64,000 nt of DNA from a virus: the IMG/VR virus record IMGVR_UViG_3300030099_006395, positions 32,001-96,000 of that record; one strand, 5' to 3'. A program made the translations under genes and the position numbers. Shown one piece after another: positions 19,628 to 29,843 of this stretch. The stretch's first letter is position 1. Each line of letters opens with the position of its first letter. Below the pieces are notes generated by a model, which was not told the DNA's origin, did not search any database, and saw nothing but the letters and a program-made list of their open reading frames with translations.

Positions 19628-20001
19628 TAAAAGATACAAAAAATAAAAAAGATGTATTTACAAATCATCCAATTGTAGAACAAATGGAAGAAGAGTGGCC
19701 TGAAATGACTGGTGAGTTTAAAAGATTACAAAGAGAGCAATATGAGTTGTTTTGTAGAAAACAACACGATTATGGTCCTGGTAATATTTCAGTTGGAACA
19801 CAATTGCAAACGCCTGAAGAGGTAAGTTTATCTCTGACTGGATTATGGTTTCGTATGAATGATAAAATACAAAGACTAAAAACTTTGTTAATGGGTAACA
19901 AAGACACCGCTGTAGATGAACCTTTAGAAGACGCATATCTTGATGTGTCTAACTATGGTATCATGGCAACAATTGTAAAAAATGGTAAATGGGGAAAATA
20001 A
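19618..20001 (+). CDS. Nucleotide-modification-associated domain 1 (DUF1599-like)
   Basis: KQHDYG, R.NDKI.RL, EPLEDAYLDVSNYGI. Confidence 0.85.
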   Translation: MEIIKDTKNKKDVFTNHPIVEQMEEEWPEMTGEFKRLQREQYELFCRKQHDYGPGNISVGTQLQTPEEVSLSLTGLWFRMNDKIQRLKTLLMGNKDTAVDEPLEDAYLDVSNYGIMATIVKNGKWGK

Positions 20002-20002
20002 A

Positions 20003-20215
20003 ATGAATAAATTATTAATGGCAGCTATTGATAGTTACCAAGCACAAAAAACAGAAGCACTAGCTCATTTGGATTTATTGTTCAATGATGCCACAATGAT
20101 AGGTGAACACACAGATTTAACAGCTGAAGTAAAAAAATGGACAATGAGTTTAGCAGAAGCTGAAGGTTGTTTAAAAGTATTGGATACACATTTTTATGTC
20201 GGTAAATCCAAGTAA
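20003..20215 (+). CDS. Hypothetical helical protein
   Basis: ORF with IGEH motif, packed operon. Confidence 0.55.
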   Translation: MNKLLMAAIDSYQAQKTEALAHLDLLFNDATMIGEHTDLTAEVKKWTMSLAEAEGCLKVLDTHFYVGKSK

Positions 20216-20951
20216 AATAACCATAAGAGAAATCTCAAAGAAGATAGCCAAAGATATGATTGTAAAAAATCATTACAGTCACAAGTGGACAAGTTGTAGA
20301 TACGCTTTAGGTATATTTTATGAAACAGATAACCAACACGCATTCTTTGATGAGAAGGATGAGAAGTTAGCTGGTGTGGCTATCTATGGTTATCCTGTTG
20401 GAAGAAGTGCTCCTAAATCTATCTCACCTGAATTAAAGGAAGAAGAAGTATTAGAGTTGACAAGGTTATTTATCTTTGATGATTATGGTAAGAATACAGA
20501 AAGTGTGGTTTTATCTAAAACATTTAATTGGTTAAAGGAAAACGCTAGTGAGATAAAAGTATTGGTAAGTTATTCAGACCCAGAACAAGGACACTTGGGT
20601 ATTATTTATCAAGCTACGAATTGGATATATCAAGGTAATAGTATAAGGTTAATGCCTAACTACGCTATACGACTTACAGAAGATGGTACTTGGATGCACT
20701 CACGAAATGTAACAACAAAGTTTGGTTCTCATAACCTTGAGAAACTAAAGAAAAGAATCGGACACACATTTTGGAGAAAGGAAGAACCTGAAAAACACAG
20801 ATATTTGTATTTGTTATGTGGTAAGAAAGATAAGAAAAAGATTATGAATACATTGATACATAAACCTAAGCCTTATCCAAAAGATGCTTATCAATTTTAT
20901 CCAGAGATACAAAAGATTGAAGTAACTTCAAAGGAAAAATTTTATGAATAG
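20196..20951 (+). CDS. Mom-like GNAT-fold DNA-modification protein (copy 2)
   Basis: HYSH, LELTRL, NTES, VSYSDPEQGH.G.IYQATNW, KHRY, PYPK. Confidence 0.82.
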   Translation: MSVNPSKITIREISKKIAKDMIVKNHYSHKWTSCRYALGIFYETDNQHAFFDEKDEKLAGVAIYGYPVGRSAPKSISPELKEEEVLELTRLFIFDDYGKNTESVVLSKTFNWLKENASEIKVLVSYSDPEQGHLGIIYQATNWIYQGNSIRLMPNYAIRLTEDGTWMHSRNVTTKFGSHNLEKLKKRIGHTFWRKEEPEKHRYLYLLCGKKDKKKIMNTLIHKPKPYPKDAYQFYPEIQKIEVTSKEKFYE

Positions 20952-21801
20952 AATAAGTTATAGTCAATTGTCAATGTTTAATGAGTGTCCATTGAGATGG
21001 AAATTAAATTATGTAGACGATTTATCTATATCAGAACCAAGTATTCACCTGTTATTCGGAACAGCGATGCACGAAGTTATACAAACTTGGTTAGAAGTTA
21101 TGTATCACGATAGTATCAAAAACGCTGATAAGTTAAATCTTGAACAAAGACTACATGATAAAATGTATGAGAGGTTTCAAATAGATAAGGAAGCTTATGG
21201 TAAGAATCCTTGTACACTTGAAGAAATGAAAGAGTTTTTTAATGATGGTGTGGCTATACTTGATTTTGTTAAAAAGAAAAGAGCAGATTATTTCCAAAAA
21301 AGACAATATGAATTAGTTGGTTGTGAAGTTCCTATTGAAGTTATGTTAAAAAAAGATATTAAAATGGTTGGATATTTAGATGTTGTGTTAAGACATAAAC
21401 CAACAGATACAATTACGATTATTGATATAAAAACATCTACTCGTGGTTGGAATAAATGGATGAAAGCTGATAAGAATAAAACTCAACAATTATTATTATA
21501 TAAACAATTTTATTCTAAACAATATGGTACACCGATTGAAAATATAGATGTTGAGTATTTTATAGTAAAAAGAAAACTATGGGAGAATACAGACTTTCCA
21601 CAGAAAAGAGTTCAAAAGTTTGTACCTGCGAGTGGAACTGTAAGTATGAACAAAGTAAATAATGGCCTAAATCTATTTTTAGAAAATGCATTTGATGACA
21701 AAGGTGAATATAGGACTGATAAGATATTTGCATTACCAAGTAAAAAATCTTGTAGATTTTGTGAATTTAAAAATACGGAGTATTGTAGTTATGGTGTATA
21801 G
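20944..21801 (+). CDS. PD-(D/E)xK nuclease, Cas4/RecB-like
   Basis: ISYSQL..F..CP, FGTAMHE, GYLD, IIDIKTS, QL..Y, CRFCEF....C. Confidence 0.88.
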   Translation: MNRISYSQLSMFNECPLRWKLNYVDDLSISEPSIHLLFGTAMHEVIQTWLEVMYHDSIKNADKLNLEQRLHDKMYERFQIDKEAYGKNPCTLEEMKEFFNDGVAILDFVKKKRADYFQKRQYELVGCEVPIEVMLKKDIKMVGYLDVVLRHKPTDTITIIDIKTSTRGWNKWMKADKNKTQQLLLYKQFYSKQYGTPIENIDVEYFIVKRKLWENTDFPQKRVQKFVPASGTVSMNKVNNGLNLFLENAFDDKGEYRTDKIFALPSKKSCRFCEFKNTEYCSYGV

Positions 21802-22174
21802 TACGGTGTTTTTATCATTAAGAATGAAACTAGATAATATTATTGAAGATTTGGAATACGAAAAAAAAGTAATTGAAAATATAAAATATTGTAGAAGAAT
21901 TATTGGTAAAGAATTTAAAGTTATATTTTGGAATGAAAATCTATTAGAAAGTCAAGTAAAGGATTTTATAAAAAGAAATAGTGATACCTTAATTGAAGTC
22001 AACACAGAAATTACTAAAGAGTTCAATATATGTTGGTTTGTGATTGGAGATGATGATAAAAGTAAACATAGGTATTTATATAATGGAGATATACTTCCAG
22101 GTATAGCTGCTTTTTTAAAAGTTTCAAAAATTTTAATAAAAAAGGATAGAAATGAAGATAGCTATAATAGGTAG
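21791..22174 (+). CDS. Hypothetical protein
   Basis: ORF, ATG 21791 overlaps upstream stop. Confidence 0.5.
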   Translation: MVYSTVFLSLRMKLDNIIEDLEYEKKVIENIKYCRRIIGKEFKVIFWNENLLESQVKDFIKRNSDTLIEVNTEITKEFNICWFVIGDDDKSKHRYLYNGDILPGIAAFLKVSKILIKKDRNEDSYNR

Positions 22175-22553
22175 TAGACGATATGAAAATAAAAGAAAAA
22201 TAAAAGAGTTTATATTTAAACTTAAAAATCAATATGGAGAGGATACTACCATTGTTAGTGGTGGGTGTAAACAAGGAGCTGACAAGTATGCTAAAAAATA
22301 TGCATTGGAGTTAGGATTACAATACGAAGAGTATCCACCATTTCATGAGGTTCATAATTTATATTGTCCACTACCTGAATCAAGATATGGAAAACCATAT
22401 AGTATGAAATACTTTTTTGCAAGAAATAAAATTATAGCTGGTACATCAGATTTTATAGTTGGTTTTATTCCAGAAGGAGTTGAAGGTAGAGGAACGATGA
22501 ACACTATAGATTACGCTAAAAAGTTCTCAAAAAAATATATAATTATTTCGTAG
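22152..22553 (+). CDS. SLOG/YspA-like protein
   Basis: IAIIGSR, IVSGG..GAD, RN..I, GT..TI. Confidence 0.82.
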   Translation: MKIAIIGSRRYENKRKIKEFIFKLKNQYGEDTTIVSGGCKQGADKYAKKYALELGLQYEEYPPFHEVHNLYCPLPESRYGKPYSMKYFFARNKIIAGTSDFIVGFIPEGVEGRGTMNTIDYAKKFSKKYIIIS

Positions 22554-22606
22554 TTTTTTTATATTTGTATATATTTATATATGTACATATATGATGGAGA
22601 AACAAT

Positions 22607-22801
22607 ATGAAAAACACAAAATTAACATCGGTAAAAATATTAGAAAATTTATATAATGATTTTAAAATTAAAACTGTATCAAATAGTATGACTTTACAGA
22701 AATTAACAAATCGTTGTATAAATCTTTATGTAAGAGACGATGAATTTAGAGATAAAATAGAAAGTAATCAAGAATTAATAATTAGTGGTAGTAATTTTTA
22801 A
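22607..22801 (+). CDS. Small putative DNA-binding (ribbon-helix-helix-like) protein
   Basis: LTSVKI...LY..FK...TLQKL.NR pattern; GGAGA RBS. Confidence 0.5.
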   Translation: MKNTKLTSVKILENLYNDFKIKTVSNSMTLQKLTNRCINLYVRDDEFRDKIESNQELIISGSNF

Positions 22802-22823
22802 TTTAAAATAGAGGAAATAGGTT

Positions 22824-24200
22824 ATGTCAAAAAAGAAAATTCTACTCTTGTCAGACGACTTGAGAATGCATAGTGGAATAGCCACGGTTTCAAAAGATGT
22901 TGTATTAGGAACAATGCATAAATATGATTGGGCTCAAATTGGTGGAGCAGTAAAACATCCAGAACAAGGAAAAATATTTGATATGAGTCCAGATTGTGTT
23001 AAAACCACAGGTGTAAAAGATTCATACTTAAAAATATATCCAGTTACAGGATATGGAAATGCTAATATTTTAAGAGAAGTTATGGAGTTAGAAAAACCAG
23101 ACGCTATACTTCACTATACAGACCCAAGATTTTGGATTTGGTTGTATGAAATGGAAAATGAAATAAGACAACAAATTCCTATTTTTTATTATAATATTTG
23201 GGATGATTTACCAGACCCACATTGGAATGAAAACTATTACAGAAGTTCTGATTTATTGATGGCTATATCAAAGCAAACTTATGGTATCAACAAAAGAATT
23301 TTACCAGACTATGAAGATTGGCAAATAACCTATGTACCACATGGTATTAGTTCACAAAGATTTTTTAAATTAGAAGAAAAAGGTGATACTAAATTTAGAG
23401 AGTTTGAGAAAAAATTTGGTTTAGATAAGTACAAATTTAAAATTTTATATTCAAATAGAAATATAAGAAGAAAAAATCCAGGTGATACTGCCTTAGCATA
23501 TAAACATATGATGGATAAACTTACACCCGAACAGAGAAAAGAATGTGTATTTATATTTCATTCAGCTCCTGTTGACGAAAATGGAACTGATATGAGAGCT
23601 TTGTGTAAAGCTTTGTTACCTGATTGTCCTGTAATATTCACATATGACATAAATGGTCCTCAAGGTTTTAATGACGAACAAATGAACTTTTTATTTAATT
23701 CCGCCGATGTTTATATCAATATGGCTTCTAATGAAGGATTTGGGTTAGGTAGTTGTGAAGCATTAACTTGTGGAACACCAATAGTAGTAAATGTAACTGG
23801 TGGATTACAAGACCAATGTGGATTCAAAAATGAAAAAGGTGAATATCTAACTGCTGATGATTATATTGAGTTAGGTTCTAATCATAGAGGAACGTATTTA
23901 AATCACGGTGAGTGGGTGAAACCCGTATTCCCAACTAATAGAAGTTTACAAGGTTCACCAATGACACCATACATCTTTGATGATAGATGTGACTATGAAG
24001 AAGCTGGTCAATGTTTATTGGAATGGTATAAAGCTGGTTCAGAGGAGAGAGAAAGATGTGGAAACAAAGGTATAGAGTTCGTAAAAGATAAAAATATTTC
24101 TATGGATTCTAAAGAGATGTGTGGTAAATTTATTGAATCTATGGATAGTGCATTTAATAAGTTTGAACAAAAACCTAGATATATAATGGAGGCTGTATAA
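22824..24200 (+). CDS. GT-B glycosyltransferase (GT4-like)
   Basis: NEGFGL...EAL..GTPIV...TGG. Confidence 0.9.
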   Translation: MSKKKILLLSDDLRMHSGIATVSKDVVLGTMHKYDWAQIGGAVKHPEQGKIFDMSPDCVKTTGVKDSYLKIYPVTGYGNANILREVMELEKPDAILHYTDPRFWIWLYEMENEIRQQIPIFYYNIWDDLPDPHWNENYYRSSDLLMAISKQTYGINKRILPDYEDWQITYVPHGISSQRFFKLEEKGDTKFREFEKKFGLDKYKFKILYSNRNIRRKNPGDTALAYKHMMDKLTPEQRKECVFIFHSAPVDENGTDMRALCKALLPDCPVIFTYDINGPQGFNDEQMNFLFNSADVYINMASNEGFGLGSCEALTCGTPIVVNVTGGLQDQCGFKNEKGEYLTADDYIELGSNHRGTYLNHGEWVKPVFPTNRSLQGSPMTPYIFDDRCDYEEAGQCLLEWYKAGSEERERCGNKGIEFVKDKNISMDSKEMCGKFIESMDSAFNKFEQKPRYIMEAV

Positions 24201-25510
24201 TGAAAAAATTTATGTTAATATGTGCACCAATGACATCACGAAGTGGGTATGGAGCTCACGCCAGAGATTTAATTAAATCATTCATGGAACATGATAAATA
24301 TGATATTCAAGTTTTTGATGTTCCGTGGGGGTCTACACCAAGAAATGCATTGGATAAAAATAATGTAGATGATAAAAAAATGTTAGATTTAATTACAAGA
24401 GAAAATAGCTTTCAGACTCAACCTGATATTTATGTTGATATCAGAATACCTAACGAATTTCAAAATCCTGGTAAATTTAACATTGGTATAACTGCTGGTA
24501 TAGAAACAAATGCTGTATCACAAGCTTGGATTGAGGGTTGTAACAAAATGGATTTAGTCATCGTTCCATCAAAACATTCAAAAGACGGATTTGTTAACGC
24601 TTTATATGAAAAAATACAGCAGTTACCTGATGGTCAACAAAAAAAGATTGGTGAACTAAAACTTGAAAAACCAATAGAAATTTTATTTGAAGGTTCTGAT
24701 AAAATATATAGAAAATTAAGCACGGAAGAAATAGATTCTAAATTTTTTGATTGGTTAAATGATGAAGTACCTGAAAAGTTTGCATTTTTACATGTAGGAC
24801 TTTGGGGTAAAGGTGGTTATGGTGAAGATAGAAAAGATATAGGAACATTACTTAAAACTTTTTATGAATCATTTGCAAATAAAAAGAAACAACCAGCTTT
24901 AATATTAAAAACAAGTGGTGCTACTTATTCGATATTAAGTAAAAAAGATATTTTAAATAAAATAAATAATATTAAATCTATGTTTCCATCAGATTGGAAT
25001 CTACCAAATGTTTATTTATTACATGGCGATTTAACTGATGAAGAAATGAATTATCTTTATAATCATCCTAAAGTAAAAGCTATGGTTTCATTTACACATG
25101 GTGAGGGTTATGGAAGACCTCTACAAGAAGCCAGTATGGTTGGATTACCTGTTATGGTTAGTGGTTGGAGTGGTCATATAGATTTTTTAAATCAACATGA
25201 AAGTCTTTTAGTTCCAGGTAAATTAGAAAAAGTTCCACAGTCACAAGTATGGGAAAATATAATAATACCAGAATCAAGTTGGTTTAACATAGATACAAAT
25301 TCAGCTTATCAGGGGTTCAATATGTTACATAACAACATAAAAAAATATCAAAGTCAAGCTAAGTCTTTAATGTACACCAATAGGAATAAATTTACATTAG
25401 AAAAGATGACACGGAAATTAGATGAGATTGTTAATAATTACACATCTGATATGCCACAACAAGTTGAATTACAATTACCAAAATTAAAAAAAGTTAAGGA
25501 GTCTGTATAA
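24200..25510 (+). CDS. GT-B glycosyltransferase (GT4-like)
   Basis: SRSGYG, RKDI, GEGYGRPLQEA...GLPV..SGWSGH.DF. Confidence 0.9.
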   Translation: MKKFMLICAPMTSRSGYGAHARDLIKSFMEHDKYDIQVFDVPWGSTPRNALDKNNVDDKKMLDLITRENSFQTQPDIYVDIRIPNEFQNPGKFNIGITAGIETNAVSQAWIEGCNKMDLVIVPSKHSKDGFVNALYEKIQQLPDGQQKKIGELKLEKPIEILFEGSDKIYRKLSTEEIDSKFFDWLNDEVPEKFAFLHVGLWGKGGYGEDRKDIGTLLKTFYESFANKKKQPALILKTSGATYSILSKKDILNKINNIKSMFPSDWNLPNVYLLHGDLTDEEMNYLYNHPKVKAMVSFTHGEGYGRPLQEASMVGLPVMVSGWSGHIDFLNQHESLLVPGKLEKVPQSQVWENIIIPESSWFNIDTNSAYQGFNMLHNNIKKYQSQAKSLMYTNRNKFTLEKMTRKLDEIVNNYTSDMPQQVELQLPKLKKVKESV

Positions 25511-26013
25511 TGCAACCAATAATAAGTAATTGCCCGCTGTGTGAAGAGCACTCACTTCATCTTTCGGAAGACAAAGAATTGAATTTTATGCAATGTGTAA
25601 ATTGTGGGTATGTCAGTTCTGATAAATTTTTAGGTAGTAAAGAAACAAATGAAGAGTATGCTAAATTAGATGAATTGTTACAAAAGTGGGTTAAAGAAAC
25701 TGAAAATAGGTTATGGATACCAATACAAATGACATTACCTTTTGGAATGATTTATCCAGCTTTAGTAGATAACGAAATGAAATGGATTTTTGCAGACACA
25801 CAAGAGATACCTGAAGAAGAAAGAAAAAATTATCCGATTGAAGGACAAGAAGGTAAATTCTATGATAGAAAGTATAATACAGAAAATCCAAAAATGTACG
25901 ATATTTATGCAGAAGCTTTAGCGGATGTTCAAAAAATAATTCAAAAAGAAACTCAAAAAGCTGCAGATAATAATAGTATAGATCTTAAACTACCCAAACT
26001 TAAAAAGAAATAG
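25510..26013 (+). CDS. Zinc-ribbon hypothetical protein
   Basis: CPLC...CVNCGY; C-terminal LKLPKLKK. Confidence 0.6.
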   Translation: MQPIISNCPLCEEHSLHLSEDKELNFMQCVNCGYVSSDKFLGSKETNEEYAKLDELLQKWVKETENRLWIPIQMTLPFGMIYPALVDNEMKWIFADTQEIPEEERKNYPIEGQEGKFYDRKYNTENPKMYDIYAEALADVQKIIQKETQKAADNNSIDLKLPKLKKK

Positions 26014-26481
26014 ATGGCAAACAAAAAATTACCATATAACTGGAAAAGAGTTAAAGCCGGTGACATAATATCTTTTAAGTATAAGAAAGAATCCACTGGT
26101 AAAGTTAGAGTTAATTCTATTTTAGTATTAAATCCCATAATGAATGTTAAATTAAAAGACGGAACTTCAAAAAGACATTTGATTGGTGTAAAATTAGAAG
26201 AATCTAACAAAGTAAAACTATTATTAAACAGCCAAAGAATAAGTTTGTTAGAAAAAATTGGTGATTTCATAAAAATAGATGATAAAAATAATTTATATAA
26301 ATTATCCATAAAAGATACTTTTGTAATTAATGATAGAAAAGGTATTAAAAAACAGGCTTGGGATATAATATCTAAAAATTTATCAATAAATGGAAAATAC
26401 AGAACATATGATTATGACAAAGCTATAAAAAGTTCAGTTTATTTAGAACCAATAAGGGCAAGGATGAAAGATGAAGATTAG
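26014..26481 (+). CDS. Basic hypothetical protein
   Basis: ORF in operon. Confidence 0.5.
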   Translation: MANKKLPYNWKRVKAGDIISFKYKKESTGKVRVNSILVLNPIMNVKLKDGTSKRHLIGVKLEESNKVKLLLNSQRISLLEKIGDFIKIDDKNNLYKLSIKDTFVINDRKGIKKQAWDIISKNLSINGKYRTYDYDKAIKSSVYLEPIRARMKDED

Positions 26482-27091
26482 TTATAGTATATTGACTCAC
26501 AATGAAGATGAGTCACTACAAAAATTACTTGAGTTTTTAGTCAAACATAAAGACGAAGAGGACGAAATAGTAATTCTTGATGATTATTCAGATAATAAAA
26601 AAACAATAGAGATATTAGATGTAATGACATCCATGCACGAGATGACTTTTGAACAAAGACATTTGTTAAAAGATTACGCTGGACAAAAAAATCACTTGAC
26701 TCGTATGTGTTCTGGTGACTATATTATAAATATAGATGCTGATGAGATTCCACACAAATCATTGATGAAGAATCTTAAACCAATATTAGAATCAAACCCA
26801 ACAATAGATTTATATTGGGTGCCAAGAGTGAATACAGTTGATGGTATCACACAAGAACATATTAATAAATGGGGTTGGCAAGTAAATGAAAAAGGTTGGG
26901 TAAACTGGCCAGATTATCAAGGGAGAATTTGGAGAAATAGACCTAACATTATTTGGAAAAACAAAGTACATGAAGTATTGACAGGATACAAAGAACACAC
27001 TTATCTTCCAATGGAAGAAGAGTTTTGTTTTTATCATCCTAAAGAAATTGAACGACAAGAGAGGCAAAATAAATTTTATGACACAATATAA
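26471..27091 (+). CDS. GT2 glycosyltransferase
   Basis: THNE, LDDYS, IDADE, WPDYQ.R, VHE. Confidence 0.9.
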   Translation: MKISYSILTHNEDESLQKLLEFLVKHKDEEDEIVILDDYSDNKKTIEILDVMTSMHEMTFEQRHLLKDYAGQKNHLTRMCSGDYIINIDADEIPHKSLMKNLKPILESNPTIDLYWVPRVNTVDGITQEHINKWGWQVNEKGWVNWPDYQGRIWRNRPNIIWKNKVHEVLTGYKEHTYLPMEEEFCFYHPKEIERQERQNKFYDTI

Positions 27092-27956
27092 TCAAGAGTT
27101 ATTCGATAGAATAGATAATTACAGAGATGAAGTTTTGAATTTTTTAAGAAGTAAAGGTAATTATTTTTACACAAATGAAATTAATATAGAAATGGGTAAA
27201 TACAAAATAAATTATCACAGGTGGTTACATCCAATGCAGGGTAGTTGGGAAACAACTGAATTGTTTACGCCACAAAAATTAGGATATCTTAAAAAGATAA
27301 TAAAAGAAAATTCTGTTGTATTAGATATAGGAGCACATACAGGAAATATGTCAGTAGCTTATAGTTTGTTTGCTAGAAAAGTAATATCATTTGAACCAAA
27401 TCCATCTACTTTCGATGTATTAAATCAAAATTCTAAATTAAACAGAAACATAATACCTTATAATTTTGGATGTTCTACTGAAGATGGTAAAATGGAATTT
27501 CATTATTCTGATGAAGGTTTTAACAATGGGGGATTAGCCTCTACATTAGATAATGGTATAGGTGTTACAGGACACAAAGTTCCTATTGAAGTTTATTGTG
27601 TAAATGTTAATAATTTATTAAAAGATTTACATTCTGATGATTACGACAATATAAGTTTTATTAAAATTGATTGTGAGGGTCATGATAAAGAAATATTACC
27701 AACATTAAAAGGTATAATAGAAAAAAATAAACCTATAATTCAAACGGAAATTTATGATGGTTTAACAGATAGAGAGAAAATAGAATTGATAGAGGTTATA
27801 GATTCTTTGGGTTATGATTGTTACAATCTTACAGAAGCTAACGATAATATAGATGATTTGGGTGAAAAAATAACTAAAGATTCTGTTAGTGATTTAAGTT
27901 TATTGACTGGTCATAATTTAATATGTTTTCCAAGAGGTATAAATGATACCAAATAA
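27078..27956 (+). CDS. FkbM family methyltransferase
   Basis: LDIGAHTG, SFEPNP, FIKIDCEG. Confidence 0.9.
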   Translation: MTQYNQELFDRIDNYRDEVLNFLRSKGNYFYTNEINIEMGKYKINYHRWLHPMQGSWETTELFTPQKLGYLKKIIKENSVVLDIGAHTGNMSVAYSLFARKVISFEPNPSTFDVLNQNSKLNRNIIPYNFGCSTEDGKMEFHYSDEGFNNGGLASTLDNGIGVTGHKVPIEVYCVNVNNLLKDLHSDDYDNISFIKIDCEGHDKEILPTLKGIIEKNKPIIQTEIYDGLTDREKIELIEVIDSLGYDCYNLTEANDNIDDLGEKITKDSVSDLSLLTGHNLICFPRGINDTK

Positions 27957-28713
27957 GTTTCACTATGTATATTTAACACATGACAATAATAAACATCCAA
28001 TGTACCAGAAATTTCATTTGTTACATTATCTTTGTATAAAATCTGCAATTGAAGTAAATAATCCTGATGAGGTAAATGTTTATTGTAATCAAGAGCCAAA
28101 AGGTGAATGGTGGAAAAAAATAAGAAACGAAGTAAATGTAGTTATAATAGAACCACCCACAGAAATATTTGGTTTACCAATAACAGAATTAGCTCATATG
28201 TCAGATGTTATTAGGTTACAGGTGTTATTAGAAGAAGGTGGAATTTATACAGATATGGATACTATATCAGTTAAACCTTATGGTGATTTATTAAATAATA
28301 AATTTGTTTTAGGACAACAAGGGGTTGGTGGTTCTGAAGGATTATGTCCAGCAGTGATTATGTCAGAAAAAGATTCTCATTTTGGTAAACAATGGTTATA
28401 TGGATTTAAAGATACATTCAAAGGAGGTCCTCCTGGAAGTGATGGTTGGTGTACACACTCTGTTTACTATCCATTACATTTAGCTAAATCTATATCAGAA
28501 CATATTCATATAGAACCTCATACAAGTTTTTTTCATCCGACTTATCATCAACCTTCATTGAAAGATATGTTTGAAAAAGTTGTAAATTTTGATAAAGCAT
28601 ATTCACACCACTTGTGGGAAACAGCTTCTATGAAATGGATTGAAAATATAACTGTAAAAGAGATAAAAAATAATGATACAACTTTTAATTTAATAGCGAG
28701 AAAGTATTTATAA
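27943..28713 (+). CDS. DXD-motif glycosyltransferase (GT32-like)
   Basis: MIPNKFH, SDVIRL..L..EGGIY.DMD, HLW. Confidence 0.88.
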   Translation: MIPNKFHYVYLTHDNNKHPMYQKFHLLHYLCIKSAIEVNNPDEVNVYCNQEPKGEWWKKIRNEVNVVIIEPPTEIFGLPITELAHMSDVIRLQVLLEEGGIYTDMDTISVKPYGDLLNNKFVLGQQGVGGSEGLCPAVIMSEKDSHFGKQWLYGFKDTFKGGPPGSDGWCTHSVYYPLHLAKSISEHIHIEPHTSFFHPTYHQPSLKDMFEKVVNFDKAYSHHLWETASMKWIENITVKEIKNNDTTFNLIARKYL

Positions 28714-29843
28714 TGAAAATTGGTATATTTGCATCAGACGCTAAAGGTTTAAGTATATTAAATAGTTTAATAAATGAATTACATGAGAATAACATTGATT
28801 ATTTTGCTATGATATGTCAAAATACTCAATTAGCTAGAGTAAGAGAGGATTACTCACATTTAACAAATGTAGAAACATCTGAAGAAATTTGGTCTGATAC
28901 CTTACTAATAAATATACCATTTAAACCTGATTGGTTGGTTGTACAAAGAGAAAGATGGAAGCCAGAAACTGGTATCATACAAGAATTTAAAAATAAATTT
29001 AATTCTAAAATAGCTTTGGTGGAACAAAATGCTCAAATGTTGAATAGTGTAGAAACTATTTTAGAAACATATTCTCGTAATAGATTTGTACCATATATTG
29101 ATGTATTTTTTGATCATAGTAAATGGATTTCTGAACAAAGAAAATTAGTTGGTTTTAAAGGGAATAGTTTTGTTGTAGGTAATCCCAAATATGATATAAA
29201 TTTAGATGTATCTGATTTACATATTAAAACGATGAAAGAATATTATGGAGTTGATGATAACAAAAAACAGGTATTGTTGTTTTCTTTAATAAATACCGCG
29301 AGAGAAAATCTTTTTAATGAATTTGAAAAGTACATAGAAGATAATCCTGATTATCAATATTTTATTAAACCTTATCCAGGAGAACCATTCGGTGAACAAT
29401 TTGGTAATGAGTATTTCCCAAATTTTAGAATTAAAAATGTTACACCTATATTGGATGAAAATCATATTTGGCCTATGTTCAGTATATGTGATATTCATAT
29501 GGGTTGTTTAAGTTCTATATTTCATGCTTCTTTATTGTTGAAAAAGGAAATAATAGATTTTTCTAAAGAAATAGGTATGGCTGAAAAATATTTAGACGTG
29601 GATAGAATAATGAAATCTACAAATAAAGGTGTAGAAGATAGTAAAGGGTTATGGATGAACTCATTCGGATTTACAGAAGATAGTCAATTACTTGAATTAT
29701 TACCAAAAGATTTATTGAAAAAAATAGAAGAAAACAATAATAACGTTTGGAATTGTCAGGAAAATGTCGTAAGTTTATTTGATGACTATAATGACGGTAA
29801 GGCATCAACAAGAATTATAAAATACTTGAAGGAGAATGTGTGA
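28713..29843 (+). CDS. GT-B-like protein (glycerophosphotransferase / sialyltransferase / NeuC-like)
   Basis: VGNPKYD, KPYP.E, SS and terminal DGKAS.RI; position in nonulosonate cluster. Confidence 0.55.
   Translation: MKIGIFASDAKGLSILNSLINELHENNIDYFAMICQNTQLARVREDYSHLTNVETSEEIWSDTLLINIPFKPDWLVVQRERWKPETGIIQEFKNKFNSKIALVEQNAQMLNSVETILETYSRNRFVPYIDVFFDHSKWISEQRKLVGFKGNSFVVGNPKYDINLDVSDLHIKTMKEYYGVDDNKKQVLLFSLINTARENLFNEFEKYIEDNPDYQYFIKPYPGEPFGEQFGNEYFPNFRIKNVTPILDENHIWPMFSICDIHMGCLSSIFHASLLLKKEIIDFSKEIGMAEKYLDVDRIMKSTNKGVEDSKGLWMNSFGFTEDSQLLELLPKDLLKKIEENNNNVWNCQENVVSLFDDYNDGKASTRIIKYLKENV

Noticed and set aside
20944-21801. CRISPR-Cas locus suggested by the Cas4-like nuclease
   Set aside because: No repeat-spacer array or other cas genes seen; solo Cas4-like nucleases are common in phages
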